This document shows positions 19,527-33,117 of a stretch of DNA of 64,000 nt, piece after piece; within the stretch, counting starts at the first letter, position 1, and each line of letters opens with the position of its first letter. Position numbers and translations under genes: made by a program. Source of the DNA: an uncultured bacterium. Lineage in GTDB: Bacteria > Fidelibacterota > Marinisomatia > SCGC-AAA003-L08 > D37C17. The stretch is from NCBI GenBank assembly GCA_964344315.1, contig CAYFMU010000006.1, positions 7,025 through 71,024 on the forward strand, written 5' to 3'. The notes under the pieces were generated by a model. The model did not search any database. It saw only the letters and a program-made list of their open reading frames with translations, and was not told the origin of the DNA.

Positions 19527-19754
19527 ATGGAAGCAATTGGATACGCTTATCTTGCAGCTGGTTTTGGAGCTGGTTTAGTAACAATCGGTGCTGCTTTTGG
19601 TATTGGCAAAATTACTGCAGCTGCAGCTGAAGCAACAGGTCGTCAACCTGAAGCCGCTGGTGATATCAGAACAACTGCTCTAATCATGTCAGCATTGATT
19701 GAGGGTGTTGCTCTTTTCGCTGCAGCAACTTGTTTCTTGTTACAAGGTAAATAA
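19527..19754 (+). CDS. atpE: F0F1 ATP synthase subunit c
   Basis: 75-aa hairpin with a GRQPE loop and a carboxylate in ALIEGVALF. Confidence 0.92.
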   Translation: MEAIGYAYLAAGFGAGLVTIGAAFGIGKITAAAAEATGRQPEAAGDIRTTALIMSALIEGVALFAAATCFLLQGK

Positions 19755-19771
19755 TTAACCTGGAGTAACGC

Positions 19772-20257
19772 ATGTTAGAAGTACATGGTGGCTTGCTTGC
19801 ATGGACAGTTCTTACCTTCTTACTTCTTTTAGGTGTACTAAAAAAAGTTGCGTGGGGTCCGATTATCGATGCGTTGGAAGCTCGTGAAAATGAGATAAAA
19901 GATGCATTAAACGCTGCTGAAAAAGCACGCGAAGAAGCGGAACGCGTTTCTAGTGACTATGAAGAATCTATTCGGAAGGCACAAGCTGAAGCACAGCAAA
20001 TTATCTCAGATGGAAAAGCCGCTGGTGAAAAAGTAAAAGCCGATATCGAGGCTACAGCACAAGCAAAGGCAGATGAGATGCTTGAAAAAGCAAAAACTCA
20101 AATAAATGCTGAACGTGAAACTGCAATCAATGATATAAAAGCAGTAGCAGTTGAAATATCTTTGGCTGCAGCAACTAAAGTAATCAGCAAAAACTTAGAT
20201 TCTGATGATAACCGTAAGCTTGTGGATGAAGCATTAGAAGGTGTTGGTCAAGCTTAA
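19772..20257 (+). CDS. atpF: F0F1 ATP synthase subunit b
   Basis: 161 aa with one N-terminal TM and a long charged helix. Operon position supports the call. Confidence 0.85.
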   Translation: MLEVHGGLLAWTVLTFLLLLGVLKKVAWGPIIDALEARENEIKDALNAAEKAREEAERVSSDYEESIRKAQAEAQQIISDGKAAGEKVKADIEATAQAKADEMLEKAKTQINAERETAINDIKAVAVEISLAAATKVISKNLDSDDNRKLVDEALEGVGQA

Positions 20258-20796
20258 TGAATAAAAAAGGACTTGTCAACAAATACGCCAGAGCATTATA
20301 CAATGTTTCTGTTCAACAAGAAGACGTAAAAGAAGTCAATGAGCGTGTTCATTACATTTCTGCTGTAATGAAAGCCGTTCCAGAGTTCAGTCAATTTTTG
20401 CAAACACATCAAATATCCGCTGAGGATAAATTGAAAGTGTTGAAAAATGTACTCAAAGATGATATTTCATCTTTAGAAGTAGAACTTATAGCAGAGCTTA
20501 TCCAACATGGGCATGTTCTCCTTATGGCTGAAATTTCTAGACGTTTTGCATATTTGGTAGAAGTTGATTCTTCAGTGGTTAATGTCAAAATCTCATCTGC
20601 AACTGAACTCAGTGAAGATGAAATAAAAGATATTGTTAACAAAATTGAAGCTCAATCTAACAAAAAAGTAAGTGTTGAGACTGAAACTGATGCAAACCTC
20701 GTTGGTGGTATCAAGCTCAGGGTTGGGAATACAGTTATTGATAATTCTATTTCTCGACGACTTGAATTGTTGAAAGATACATTGACACAAGCATAA
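20257..20796 (+). CDS. atpH: F0F1 ATP synthase subunit delta (OSCP)
   Basis: 179 aa with a C-terminal LVGGIKLRVGNTVIDNSI block. Operon position supports the call. Confidence 0.85.
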   Translation: MNKKGLVNKYARALYNVSVQQEDVKEVNERVHYISAVMKAVPEFSQFLQTHQISAEDKLKVLKNVLKDDISSLEVELIAELIQHGHVLLMAEISRRFAYLVEVDSSVVNVKISSATELSEDEIKDIVNKIEAQSNKKVSVETETDANLVGGIKLRVGNTVIDNSISRRLELLKDTLTQA

Positions 20797-20815
20797 GTAA
20801 TTATTCGGAGTAATT

Positions 20816-22339
20816 ATGGAAATTAAAACAGACGAGATAACGTCATTATTAAAGCAGCAGTTAGATGCTTTTAAAGTAGATATTGACGTATCTGAAGTCG
20901 GTGAAGTAACCAACGTGGGTGATGGTGTTGCCCGTGTAAGTGGATTGAAGAACGTAATGTCTTCAGAGTTGGTTGAATTACCCAATGGTGTTTACGGTAT
21001 GGCATTGAATCTTGAAGAAGAAAATGTAGGTATCGTACTATTTGGTGATAGCCGATTGGTAAAAGAAGGCGATCTTGCAAAGCGTACAGGTAAAGTAGTA
21101 GAGGTTCCTGTAGGAAAAGAATTATTGGGTCGCGTTGTAAATCCACTTGGTCAGCCAATTGACGGCAAGGGTGCAATCAATGCAGCCAATGCTTTACCTG
21201 TAGAGAGAAAAGCATTGGGTGTAATGCAACGTCAACCAGTTACAGAACCATTACAAACGGGTATCAAAGCTGTTGACAGTATGATTCCTATCGGTCGTGG
21301 ACAGCGTGAGTTGATTATTGGTGACCGCCAAACAGGTAAAACAGCTGTTGCTATTGACGCTATTATTAATCAAAAAACGACTCATGATTCTGAAAAACCA
21401 GTTCACTGTATTTATGTTGCCATCGGTCAGAAAGCATCTACCGTAGCATCAATTGTTGCTGAGTTGGAAGAAAATGGAGCTATGGAATATACTACTGTAG
21501 TTGCAGCCAATGCATCAGACGCTGCACCATTACAGTTTTTGGCACCATATTCTGGGTGTGCCATGGGTGAGTATTTTCGTGATAATGGTCAACATGCACT
21601 TATTGTTTATGATGATTTATCTAAACAAGCTACAGCGTATAGACAAATGTCACTTGTACTTAGAAGACCTCCTGGCCGTGAGGCATTCCCTGGAGATGTT
21701 TTCTATCTACACAGCCGTTTATTAGAACGTGCTTCAAAACTATCTGATGATGAAGGCGCAGGTTCATTAACTGCACTTCCAATTATTGAAACACAAGAAG
21801 GTGATGTATCTGCATATATTCCGACAAATGTGATTTCAATTACAGATGGACAAATCTACCTTGAAACAAACCTATTCAATTCAGGTATTCGCCCAGCTAT
21901 TGATGTTGGACTTTCAGTTTCTCGTGTAGGTGGTGCAGCACAAATTAAAGGTATGAAAAAAGTTGCAGGTACACTTCGTCTTGACCTTGCTCAATATCGT
22001 GAATTAGAAGCATTTGCAAAATTCGGTTCTGATTTAGATAAAAATACATTGGCGCAGTTAACGCGCGGTGAGCGAATGGTTGAAGTGTTAAAGCAAAACC
22101 AATATGTACCTATGCCTGTAGAAAACCAAGTTGCAATTATTTTTGCAGCAGGTAAAGGAATTCTTGATGATATCGCTGCAGATAAAGTTAGAGAATTTGA
22201 GGCAGCTGTACTTGAGCATTTAACAAATAGCCATAGTGATTTACTTGCTTCTATTAAGGAGACAGGTGAAGTGGCTAGTGATGTTGGTGAAAAGCTAGAA
22301 AAAGCCTTCGAAGACTTTAAAAAAGGATTTGTGGCATAA
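20816..22339 (+). CDS. atpA: F0F1 ATP synthase subunit alpha
   Basis: Walker A GDRQTGKT, 507 aa, highly conserved alpha-subunit sequence. Confidence 0.97.
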   Translation: MEIKTDEITSLLKQQLDAFKVDIDVSEVGEVTNVGDGVARVSGLKNVMSSELVELPNGVYGMALNLEEENVGIVLFGDSRLVKEGDLAKRTGKVVEVPVGKELLGRVVNPLGQPIDGKGAINAANALPVERKALGVMQRQPVTEPLQTGIKAVDSMIPIGRGQRELIIGDRQTGKTAVAIDAIINQKTTHDSEKPVHCIYVAIGQKASTVASIVAELEENGAMEYTTVVAANASDAAPLQFLAPYSGCAMGEYFRDNGQHALIVYDDLSKQATAYRQMSLVLRRPPGREAFPGDVFYLHSRLLERASKLSDDEGAGSLTALPIIETQEGDVSAYIPTNVISITDGQIYLETNLFNSGIRPAIDVGLSVSRVGGAAQIKGMKKVAGTLRLDLAQYRELEAFAKFGSDLDKNTLAQLTRGERMVEVLKQNQYVPMPVENQVAIIFAAGKGILDDIAADKVREFEAAVLEHLTNSHSDLLASIKETGEVASDVGEKLEKAFEDFKKGFVA

Positions 22340-22342
22340 ATA

Positions 22343-24611
<2,269 letters not shown>

Positions 24612-24612
<1 letters not shown>

Positions 24613-25010
24613 TGTCTAAAACTTTTCAATTAGATATTATTACTCCAACGAGCGTAATTAGTGAGGGGCAAGTTGATTATCTTCGTGCCCCTGCCACTGA
24701 AGGATTGTTTGGTATTCAAGCAGGGCATGCCCCTGCAACTATTACCATGGGTATTGGTGAAATTAAAGTGACTAAAAATGGTAAAGATTCATTTTATGCT
24801 ACTACTGGTGGTTTTGCTGATATTAATTCTGAAGGGGTGTTACTACTGGTTGAAGCCGTTGAGGATGCACAAAGTATTGATACAGAGAGAGCTACTCAAT
24901 CTCATGATCGTGCTAAATCAAATCTAAAAGATACTTCTATGGATTTAGAGCGGGCTCATCAATCACTGGAAAGAGCAAAGAACCGACTGAAGGTTGCAAC
25001 AAAAATATAA
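24612..25010 (+). CDS. atpC: F0F1 ATP synthase subunit epsilon
   Basis: 132 aa, last gene of the operon, ATGTAATG overlap with atpD. Confidence 0.9.
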
Positions 25011-25017
25011 TTTTTTG

Positions 25018-25045
25018 AATCGCCCTTCGGGGCGATTTTTTTTTT
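25018..25045 (+). terminator. Rho-independent terminator of the ATP synthase operon
   Basis: Stem ATCGCCC / GGGCGAT with a TTCG tetraloop, followed by a run of about 10 T. Confidence 0.88.
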
Positions 25046-25112
25046 ACAATTTACGGAACTTCGTTTCCAAATATATCTTTAATTAAAGCATTTAATTTAT
25101 CTTGGAGAGTAT

Positions 25113-25871
25113 ATGAAGCTTAAATTTATTACTTTTATAAGTATTTTATTGGTGGTTGGATGTGCCAAAAAAGAAGATCCGACACCAGAAGCCGTCGTTG
25201 AAACAACGGCAGCAAAAGAAGTAAAAGCTATTGAAGAAGTAGATACAAGTACAACAAACAATAATGATATTGCAGATGATGCAATTGTCGAGTCTATTCC
25301 TGAACCAATGACAATCATTGAAATTTTAGCACCTGAATCTAATGTTGAATTAGAAGAAGATGTGGAAGAAGCTCCTATTGTTGAAGAAGTTGCATCTGAA
25401 ACACCTACTCCTCAAACTGAGATAAAACCCAATATTGATTTTGATCAAATTTTTCCTGATAGTGTCTGGACAAATTATATGACAAAACGTGGGGATTTTC
25501 TTTCTCTCATTGCATATAATGAATATGGAAATGCCAATGAATGGCGACGTATTTATTCATGGAATAAGCCTCATTGGGAAGATAGAAAAATTGGTCCCAA
25601 TAAAGAAAATCCAAATTTTATATATCCTTTTCGTGAATTAGATTTGAAAAAACCTGCTGAAAATGCAATTGAATGGGAGTATGATTTTAGAGTTCATATA
25701 GTTGAATCAGGTGAAACATTATGGAGTATTGCTAAAAAAGAATATGGTGATGAGTTAGCATGGGCCATTTTATTCTGGGATAATGAAAAAGAATTAAATG
25801 AAAATGATGGTAAAATTTATCCAGGGATGGAAATAAAAGTACGCTCAGATTTATGGCCTGAGTTTGAATAA
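25113..25871 (+). CDS. Lipoprotein with acidic linker and LysM-like repeats
   Basis: GGAGAG RBS and a lipobox LLVVGC. A long E/V/T-rich low-complexity region is followed by two LysM-like segments (YMTKRGDFLSLIA..., HIVESGETLWSIAKKEYG...). Confidence 0.6.
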   Translation: MKLKFITFISILLVVGCAKKEDPTPEAVVETTAAKEVKAIEEVDTSTTNNNDIADDAIVESIPEPMTIIEILAPESNVELEEDVEEAPIVEEVASETPTPQTEIKPNIDFDQIFPDSVWTNYMTKRGDFLSLIAYNEYGNANEWRRIYSWNKPHWEDRKIGPNKENPNFIYPFRELDLKKPAENAIEWEYDFRVHIVESGETLWSIAKKEYGDELAWAILFWDNEKELNENDGKIYPGMEIKVRSDLWPEFE

Positions 25872-25893
25872 TAAAAAATAGATGTAAATAAAA

Positions 25894-25920
25894 AAGCCCT
25901 CAACTTGAGGGCTTTTTTTA
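25894..25920. terminator. Bidirectional terminator between convergent genes
   Basis: Stem AGCCCTC / GAGGGCT with a 5-nt loop, flanked by an A-run and a T-run. Confidence 0.78.
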
Positions 25921-26487
25921 TTTCACAATAGTGGTATCAGAAACAGGTGGTGTCAATGGTTCTGGTTTGGGAACCTCACCCCAGTAGGTGGGGCTAGTAT
26001 TTAAAAAATGAAGTACACTTTCATTGGTTAAATAAACATGTGCATCATCTTTACCACGTACATAATTTCGTGAATAGTCTGATTTAGATCGTCCAAAAAC
26101 TGCATATTCTAAGGTATTTCCATCATTATCTAATAAAGCTAAATGGGTGCCTGTAGAATCATCAATTGAGTATTTTCCCCATTTCTCAGTATTTTTTGAT
26201 ACTAATGTACCTTTCATCACAGGCAATACTTTATCTAAAAAATTATCAATGGAACGTTGCTTTATGTTTAATGTATCATTGCCTGATATTTTCCACAACG
26301 TATCTATTCGTGAAATTTCAATTGCGTCAGATTTATTTTGAATAATAAAGCGGTGAACATCTTTTGCAGAAGCATTAAATACATTTGACGATTTGCTTGA
26401 ATATTGTTGTTGTCCACGTTGACTCACAAAAAAGATGATGATGAGTCCAGCTAATACGGACAATATTATTTTTAAATTCTTAGTCAT
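25918..26487 (-). CDS. DUF4340-like membrane-anchored protein (ABC/GldG operon tail)
   Basis: I prefer ATG 26487, preceded by GGAGGA, over 26523. It has an N-terminal TM (IILSVLAGLIIIFF). Family assignment is from memory of the usual gldG-neighbour gene. Confidence 0.5.
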   Translation of the reverse strand: MTKNLKIILSVLAGLIIIFFVSQRGQQQYSSKSSNVFNASAKDVHRFIIQNKSDAIEISRIDTLWKISGNDTLNIKQRSIDNFLDKVLPVMKGTLVSKNTEKWGKYSIDDSTGTHLALLDNDGNTLEYAVFGRSKSDYSRNYVRGKDDAHVYLTNESVLHFLNTSPTYWGEVPKPEPLTPPVSDTTIVK

Positions 26488-27964
26488 ATAATTCCTCCAA
26501 AAGCATAGCACGATTTTTTTCATTTCTTAACCGAATAAACCCAAATCCAATAATGAGTAATGACGGTAGCAAAATGTTTGCCCACTTCCATTTTACTTTA
26601 GAAGATTCTTCCAATTTTTCCAGTGGTCGATTTGTAATTTCGCGTGAACGGAGTGAAATGAGTTCGCTATCACCCAATAGGAAATCTATTGTATTCAATA
26701 CAAAAATATGATTCTCAGGAGAGGCACCACCTCCATCATCAGCAAAGAATTTAGAATCAGAAATTAACACAACTTGGCCCAATTCATATTCTGATCGTGC
26801 AGCCAAGACTTTACCGCTTTCATTAAGCTGGCTAAAAACAGGATTAACCTTTGGATCTGGATTCAAATTATAAAACTCAGTCATCGTTGATGAGTAGTTA
26901 GAACTTGAAAATAATGGATAAGTGGAAAAGGATGTATCCAAAGTTATCTCGCTGGGGAACATGGTACGGAGGCCCTCAAGACCACTCACAATAGCTTCAT
27001 CTTTATTAAACTCTTGAATAACTGGAAGAAAGGGATAATCCATAGGAACAGCCATTCGGAAAATGCCCATATTTTGTTGAACATTTACTTTTCCACAATT
27101 TTTATCCAATACAAGATTTTCTTCGATAGTAAAACCATAATTTGAAAGTAAATCAAAAATATTAGATACAATAGGTGTGGCTTGTTGAGTTTGGATATCA
27201 ATACTCAACCTATTTTGACCCATAAATAGATTACCACCATTTTTTATGAAATTGTCTAAATTCGAATTTTCATCAGCAGAAAGTGAATCAAGAACCCCAT
27301 TCATTAATACCACAGCAATATCTGATGGAATTTCAGAATCAAGTGTAATATTTCTTACGTTAAATCGTTGACGCAATATTTGAGTTAAATTTTCATTCAT
27401 CACTGATTGATTTGACATAGTTGCTATAGCGATAGATGCTTTATTGCTATCCACTAATTTTTTGATATTTGTAGTAATATCATACTCTAGACCCGTTGTG
27501 GTTTGAATAACAGGAATGACTTCACGTTGATCTTCATACATAAAAACCATGCCCATATATACGCGCTTAACTTCCACCTTGTCATTTTCGATGACTTGTA
27601 ACTGAACGGGTTGAATGCCTGATTTTTGGGCGTCTGCTTGAAGATCCTCATCTGAATCAGGTTCAAAAAATTCAAAGGTTAAATTCCCATCAGAAAATGC
27701 AGCGTATTCTTCCAATATATCTTGGAGGTAACGACGATTGTTTCCATATTCACCTGGGAGATTGTTGGAAAAATAGACTTTTAACGTCATTAGATCATCA
27801 ATTTTACTGACTACAGATTTACTAGAATCTGAAAGAGAGTACATCTTATTATCGGTTAAATCCCATCTAAAGAACAAATTACGAGAGATTAAATTCAATA
27901 ACAGCAACACGGCAAAAAGTGCCAATGAGTAAAAAATAAAATTCTTTTTAGAATCAATATTCAT
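26480..27964 (-). CDS. GldG-like ABC-transporter auxiliary component
   Basis: About 494 aa with N- and C-terminal TM anchors around a large periplasmic domain. It lies downstream of ABC-2 permease and ATPase genes. The first ATG is at 27964; the ORF-track start at 27976 is GTG. Confidence 0.68.
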   Translation of the reverse strand: MNIDSKKNFIFYSLALFAVLLLLNLISRNLFFRWDLTDNKMYSLSDSSKSVVSKIDDLMTLKVYFSNNLPGEYGNNRRYLQDILEEYAAFSDGNLTFEFFEPDSDEDLQADAQKSGIQPVQLQVIENDKVEVKRVYMGMVFMYEDQREVIPVIQTTTGLEYDITTNIKKLVDSNKASIAIATMSNQSVMNENLTQILRQRFNVRNITLDSEIPSDIAVVLMNGVLDSLSADENSNLDNFIKNGGNLFMGQNRLSIDIQTQQATPIVSNIFDLLSNYGFTIEENLVLDKNCGKVNVQQNMGIFRMAVPMDYPFLPVIQEFNKDEAIVSGLEGLRTMFPSEITLDTSFSTYPLFSSSNYSSTMTEFYNLNPDPKVNPVFSQLNESGKVLAARSEYELGQVVLISDSKFFADDGGGASPENHIFVLNTIDFLLGDSELISLRSREITNRPLEKLEESSKVKWKWANILLPSLLIIGFGFIRLRNEKNRAMLLEELYD

Positions 27965-27966
27965 GC

Positions 27967-28683
27967 TTATCTCCACTTTCTGATTTCTAAAACACGAACG
28001 GTCATGAAGAGGAAAAACCCTATTACAGATGCAAAATAAATAATATTTCGTGAATCTATAACGCCTCTAGAAATATTTGATAAATGATAATCTACACTTA
28101 TATATTGTATTAGCCCTGCAATAGATGCAGGAACAAAATATAGCATTTTATCCATGAGGAAAAAGACTAACACAATAAACACTGCAATAATAAAAGCGAT
28201 TACTTGATTATCGGTAATGCTACTGGCAAATGTGCCCACTGAAGCATATACTGCACCAACCATCATAAGTCCTAAATATCCAGTAAATATTGCACCATAA
28301 TCAATGTTAGTTCCCACGTTCATTAAAGTGAATAAGTGGATGCATGTAAACGCTAATCCCATGGTAATTAATGTTAGGGAAGATAGAAATTTTCCAATTA
28401 CAAAATCACTATCTTTGATGGGAAGCGTAGAAATCACTTCCATTGTACCAATATTCTTTTCCCGAGCAATTAAACTCATGGTTATTGCTGGAATAAAAAA
28501 TAAATATACCAACGGAACAATATTAAATAATGCTCGCATATTTGATTGATTAAATAAGAAAAAGGTATTGGTAAAGAAGTACCCATTTACGATGGCAAAT
28601 ACGACTAAAAATATATATGCCATGGGGCTATTGAAATATGATTTCAGCTCTTTTTTAAATATGGTTCCAACTGCGCTAAACAT
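27967..28683 (-). CDS. ABC-2 type transporter permease (GldF-like)
   Basis: 238 aa with six hydrophobic helices. Its start overlaps the ATPase stop. Confidence 0.75.
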   Translation of the reverse strand: MFSAVGTIFKKELKSYFNSPMAYIFLVVFAIVNGYFFTNTFFLFNQSNMRALFNIVPLVYLFFIPAITMSLIAREKNIGTMEVISTLPIKDSDFVIGKFLSSLTLITMGLAFTCIHLFTLMNVGTNIDYGAIFTGYLGLMMVGAVYASVGTFASSITDNQVIAFIIAVFIVLVFFLMDKMLYFVPASIAGLIQYISVDYHLSNISRGVIDSRNIIYFASVIGFFLFMTVRVLEIRKWR

Positions 28684-29618
28684 TAATTTGCCTCCATCGT
28701 TAAGGTTCTAAAGATGGATTCTAAATCTGCTGAGTGCGACGTCATTTCAGTAATCACCCATTTTGAACTTACTGCATGATTAAAGAGTGCTTCTCGAGGA
28801 TCTTCTTGCTTGGGATACTCAAATTGAACAAAATGTGAACCATTCTTTTGGTCGATATTTTTTAAGGTAAGCCCAGGAACGGCCTCCACTAATTCATTAA
28901 TTCCATCTTGTGAACAATTTTTAAGTTCTACAGATAATCCAATATTTCCCATAAATCCAGCCATGAGCTCTTCATTCGTTCCGTCTGCAACAATTTTACC
29001 ATTGTTAATGATAATAATTCTATCTACTGTGGCTTGAATCTCTTGCAAAATATGGCTCGACATAAGCACTAATTTTTCTTTTCCCAAAGACTTAATAAGT
29101 TCTCTGATTTCCACAATTTGATTTGGGTCTAACCCGGTAACAGGTTCATCAAGAATCAATATTTTAGGATCGTGAATCATAGCACACGCTAAACCGATTC
29201 GTTGTTTATATCCCTTTGAGCAGTCAGAAATTTGTTTATGGATTACACCTTTTAATCCACATTGCTCAGAAACACGAGCCAAAGCTTCACGGAATTTTTT
29301 ACCTTCTATTCCCCGAATATTTGCAGTGAATTCCAAAAGGTCATATACTTTCATTTCAGTATAAAGTGGATTTAGTTCTGGAAGGTACCCAATCTGTTCT
29401 TGAATAGAAAGTGGGTCATCTTGGATATTTACATTATTTACAATAACTTCACCTTGAGTCGGTGTTAAATATCCTGTAATCATTTTGAGTGTGGTAGATT
29501 TACCGGCACCGTTGGCACCTAAAAATCCTACAATTTCACCACCATTAATCTCAAAGTTTATAGATTTTACAGCGTTTACATCACCGTAATTCTTGGAAAG
29601 ATTCTTTACTTGAATCAT
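28683..29618 (-). CDS. ABC transporter ATP-binding protein (GldA-like)
   Basis: Walker A GANGAGKST, signature-like CSKGYKQR, Walker B ILILDEP. Confidence 0.9.
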   Translation of the reverse strand: MIQVKNLSKNYGDVNAVKSINFEINGGEIVGFLGANGAGKSTTLKMITGYLTPTQGEVIVNNVNIQDDPLSIQEQIGYLPELNPLYTEMKVYDLLEFTANIRGIEGKKFREALARVSEQCGLKGVIHKQISDCSKGYKQRIGLACAMIHDPKILILDEPVTGLDPNQIVEIRELIKSLGKEKLVLMSSHILQEIQATVDRIIIINNGKIVADGTNEELMAGFMGNIGLSVELKNCSQDGINELVEAVPGLTLKNIDQKNGSHFVQFEYPKQEDPREALFNHAVSSKWVITEMTSHSADLESIFRTLTMEAN

Positions 29619-29686
29619 TGAGAACTCCCCCTGTTTTGTGTTAAGACTTAATCAATTAAATTGAATTAAAAATGTTCCAATAATTT

Positions 29687-30382
29687 TTAGCTATCTTCTT
29701 TAACAAAGGCTTGACCATCCCAAGAAAAGCCTTCGTACTCAAATCCTCCAAAGTCATCTGTAGAGGTTATTTCATTTTGAGCAATATATCGAATAAACTC
29801 ACCTTTTACTGCTTTCCCAAAGTGACCGGCAGCCGTTTTTTTACCTTTATTGATTACCAAGAAATCAACAGTAGTTACATTATTGCTGGCTTTATACGCT
29901 TTTCGGTGAACTTGAGGCAATAAATCAATAATTTTGTCTTCTTCTGCCAAGGACTCAGTCAGTACCGGATTCCAATGATGCTGTAACGATAAAACATTCA
30001 TTTTCAATTTATAATCCGGGATTAGCGTTTTAGGTGTTACCATTCCAAACAAACCGCTAAAAATGAGTGTATGCTCATCTAAGAAATTTTGAGCTTTATT
30101 ATCTAAAGTATGCCAATCAATATGTTCATAAACTACTCCAGTGTATCTTTCAATAGCATAGGCACAGCGGCTTTTGAATATATCTTGATTTTGTCGATGG
30201 AAGATCATGGCTTTTTCAGGAGAAGTACCATATACTGAGCGGAGGTCTTCGTCATCGATTAGCCCAAGTAATCGAACGACTTGATTAACATGACGTTCAA
30301 ATTTAAAATTTGTATCAGAAAATACAACTTCTTGTGGTTTTAGTTTTGCTTTTCCCTCACTCGGTGGAATAAGATATTTCAT
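29687..30382 (-). CDS. yaaA: YaaA/DUF328 family protein
   Basis: 231 aa. Blocks align by eye with E. coli YaaA: A..ERYTGVVY, IFSGLFGMV.P..LI.DYKLKM, and the C-terminal FEYEGFSWD. Confidence 0.6.
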   Translation of the reverse strand: MKYLIPPSEGKAKLKPQEVVFSDTNFKFERHVNQVVRLLGLIDDEDLRSVYGTSPEKAMIFHRQNQDIFKSRCAYAIERYTGVVYEHIDWHTLDNKAQNFLDEHTLIFSGLFGMVTPKTLIPDYKLKMNVLSLQHHWNPVLTESLAEEDKIIDLLPQVHRKAYKASNNVTTVDFLVINKGKKTAAGHFGKAVKGEFIRYIAQNEITSTDDFGGFEYEGFSWDGQAFVKEDS

Positions 30383-30480
30383 TAATTCTCCCTGAAATTA
30401 TCAAAATTTGTAAAAATGTAAAAAATTATGGTGGCAAATTTACAAATTTTTACCGTTTTATTGAGGTAATTATTCAGATT

Positions 30481-32742
30481 TTAATTGGTAAAAATATGTT
30501 GATTCAATGAATCGTGTAGATCCATATCTAGCATGTAGAGGATATTTAACTTCTTTTTAGCTTCTCTAACTTTATTCAACTTAAGATAAGTCAATGCCAG
30601 TTCGTAGTGGCTTTTTGGATCATCAGGATTGATACGTAATGCACGTTTAAGAGATTTTGCAGCCTCTTTATATTCACTTAATCCAAAGTTACATACGCCT
30701 AAGTAATAGAGAGTTCTGTAGTCATCAGGATTAATTTCATAAGCTTGTTCAAAAGCCGATTTAGCCATTTCATACTCATTGGTGTGTAAGTAGGATTCTC
30801 CCAGCATAAACCATGCAATTGGATCTTGAGGGAACACTTGAATAAATTCAGTGAGTAACTCAATAGTAAGTCTATGTGCTCCCATTTCTTTATATGCGAT
30901 TGCTAGTTGATATTTTATTTCATGATCATTTGGTGATAACTCTAGTGCATCTTGAAACGCGATGGCTGCCTGCATGAATTGTTCCATACTGCCATAGGCA
31001 ACACCTAACTGATAGAACATATTTACCGATGGTTCATCGCAACTAATCGCATCTAAAAAATATGTTACAGCATCATCAAATTGATTATCTTCCATTGAAA
31101 TAATACCCAATCGATAATGAACATTTACATCTTCCTCATTCATTTCTAGAACTTTTTCATAAGAAGATTTTGCTTTTTGATGCTCTTTTAAACTCCAATA
31201 TGATTCAGCAATTGCCATGTGGTAATTCACTTCGTCGGGGGTGTGCTCTAACAGCCGTTGATAAGTATCAATGGCTTCGGGGTACCTTTTTTGGTCAATG
31301 AATATATGACCTAATGCTTTTAATACGTGAATACTATCCGGCTCAAGAATAATAAAATCTCTTAAAGGTTCCATGGCTGCTTTTAAATAATCTGTACGAT
31401 ACAAAAGCATTCCCAAACGGTAATGTACATCTCTAACTTCTGGTGCAAATTTTCTAGCCAAAGTATAAGATTCTATGGCTTTTTCAACGTTAAGGATATC
31501 TTCATATATACTACCCAATAAATAATGAGCAAAGCCATTCTCGTTATTGATTTTTACTGTACGATTAAGAGCCTCTAATGCGCGTGTTTGATTATTTGTT
31601 TTGTGATATGATAGTCCCAAATAAAAATAAGTATCTTCATTATCCGGGTCTAACATTAACGCTTGAGTTAACATTTGAATTGCTTGTGCATAATCTTCAA
31701 TAGCAACCAGTGCAAACCCTGCAAAGTAATAGGCTTTATGATGATAAGGATTTAACTCTAATACTTTCGAATACGCTCGAATTGCATCACCAAATGATTC
31801 CAAGTGCAATAAACAATTTGCAACCCCAAAATATGCGTCCTCAATATTTGGATTTCTCCAAATTACTTTTTGGTAATGGAACATTGCATCAATCCAGTTT
31901 TCTTCATCAAATAAGTAATTAGCGAGGAGTTGAATTCCTCGATAATCTTTTGGAAAATTTTGAATGTATGTTTCAATATATGTTTTTGCTAAAGCAGAAT
32001 CACCCATTTCATAAGAAATAAGGGATAGAAAGAATTGAGTTCCTTTTGATGTAGTATCGGTAGGTTCAATCTCATAGAATGCATCAATCAATTGGTTGCG
32101 TTGAAGAGAATCTTCAATGGAAAATGATTCAAAGTAATCTAAATCAAGGTTAGAAGTTTGAAGTAAAAGTGCCTGAGAAAAGCTCTCTGCTGATTGAGTA
32201 TATAATCCTCTGTCTAAAAATGTATAGCCTAATTCTATGAGTTCAATTGCGGAGTCCTCTTCGGAAAAATCTTCTTCTACTTCTGTTTCAGTAATACCTC
32301 TTACTAAGTAGGGATCATTTATAGCCGAGAGTGATTCTAGTTTTAACATGGTAGAGTCTGCTTGAGAACTATCTCCCAAAGTAATTTGGGTTTTTAGTAG
32401 ATTCGTAAGCACTTTTTGAATATCTTGTTGACGATAAATAATATTCAGCTCAAAAACTTTTATTGCCTTATTAAAGTAAAGCTTTGCATAATCATCCTCT
32501 TCTAAATATTGATAGATACGTCCAATTTTGTTGTAAGTATTGGCGAGTTTTACATCTGAATTATCAAATATGGTCTCTTCTTGTTCAAGGATACTCAAAT
32601 ATACAGTGAGCGCAATGTTATAATCTTGATTTTCAATTAGGATGTGAGCCTGCTCTCTCAATGATTCTATAGATGAGAGATCGTAGCTTTCTGTCGCAAA
32701 AACTATGCTAAATAATAATATGGTTAAATTCTGAATTTTCAT
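30481..32742 (-). CDS. Large secreted TPR-repeat protein
   Basis: The first ATG at 32742 gives a signal-like MKIQNLTILLFSIVFA. Many 34-aa TPR units follow (A..Y..AL.L.P...A.Y.LG pattern) through most of the protein. Confidence 0.8.
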   Translation of the reverse strand: MKIQNLTILLFSIVFATESYDLSSIESLREQAHILIENQDYNIALTVYLSILEQEETIFDNSDVKLANTYNKIGRIYQYLEEDDYAKLYFNKAIKVFELNIIYRQQDIQKVLTNLLKTQITLGDSSQADSTMLKLESLSAINDPYLVRGITETEVEEDFSEEDSAIELIELGYTFLDRGLYTQSAESFSQALLLQTSNLDLDYFESFSIEDSLQRNQLIDAFYEIEPTDTTSKGTQFFLSLISYEMGDSALAKTYIETYIQNFPKDYRGIQLLANYLFDEENWIDAMFHYQKVIWRNPNIEDAYFGVANCLLHLESFGDAIRAYSKVLELNPYHHKAYYFAGFALVAIEDYAQAIQMLTQALMLDPDNEDTYFYLGLSYHKTNNQTRALEALNRTVKINNENGFAHYLLGSIYEDILNVEKAIESYTLARKFAPEVRDVHYRLGMLLYRTDYLKAAMEPLRDFIILEPDSIHVLKALGHIFIDQKRYPEAIDTYQRLLEHTPDEVNYHMAIAESYWSLKEHQKAKSSYEKVLEMNEEDVNVHYRLGIISMEDNQFDDAVTYFLDAISCDEPSVNMFYQLGVAYGSMEQFMQAAIAFQDALELSPNDHEIKYQLAIAYKEMGAHRLTIELLTEFIQVFPQDPIAWFMLGESYLHTNEYEMAKSAFEQAYEINPDDYRTLYYLGVCNFGLSEYKEAAKSLKRALRINPDDPKSHYELALTYLKLNKVREAKKKLNILYMLDMDLHDSLNQHIFTN

Positions 32743-32871
32743 GATGAATCCGTATGGAAAAATTACCCCCGTTAGAAATATCTTCAAAAGGTCATAAATC
32801 CAAAAATATAACCTATGCTTGTAGGAGATGTAAGTTCCGTTCTAATTTTGCCCTTTCAATAAATAGGTTTT

Positions 32872-33117
32872 ATGACGGAAGAAGACGTAAAAGGAAGAAT
32901 CTCATCAGTTTTTAATGATGCTAAAATTCAAGTAATTGATACTACTGGAACGGGAGATCACTTTAGTGCAGTGGTGATATCTGATAAATTTGATGGTAAA
33001 TCTCTCGTTCAACGGCATCAAATGGTATATGCTTCAGTGTCAGATGTACTTACAGGTGAATTGCATGCACTACAGCTAAAAACATTCACCCTTGAAGAAT
33101 GGGAAAAACAACAGTAA
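32872..33117 (+). CDS. BolA-family protein
   Basis: 81 aa with GTGDHFSAVVISDKFDGKSLVQRHQMVY, a typical BolA/IbaG block. Confidence 0.8.
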   Translation: MTEEDVKGRISSVFNDAKIQVIDTTGTGDHFSAVVISDKFDGKSLVQRHQMVYASVSDVLTGELHALQLKTFTLEEWEKQQ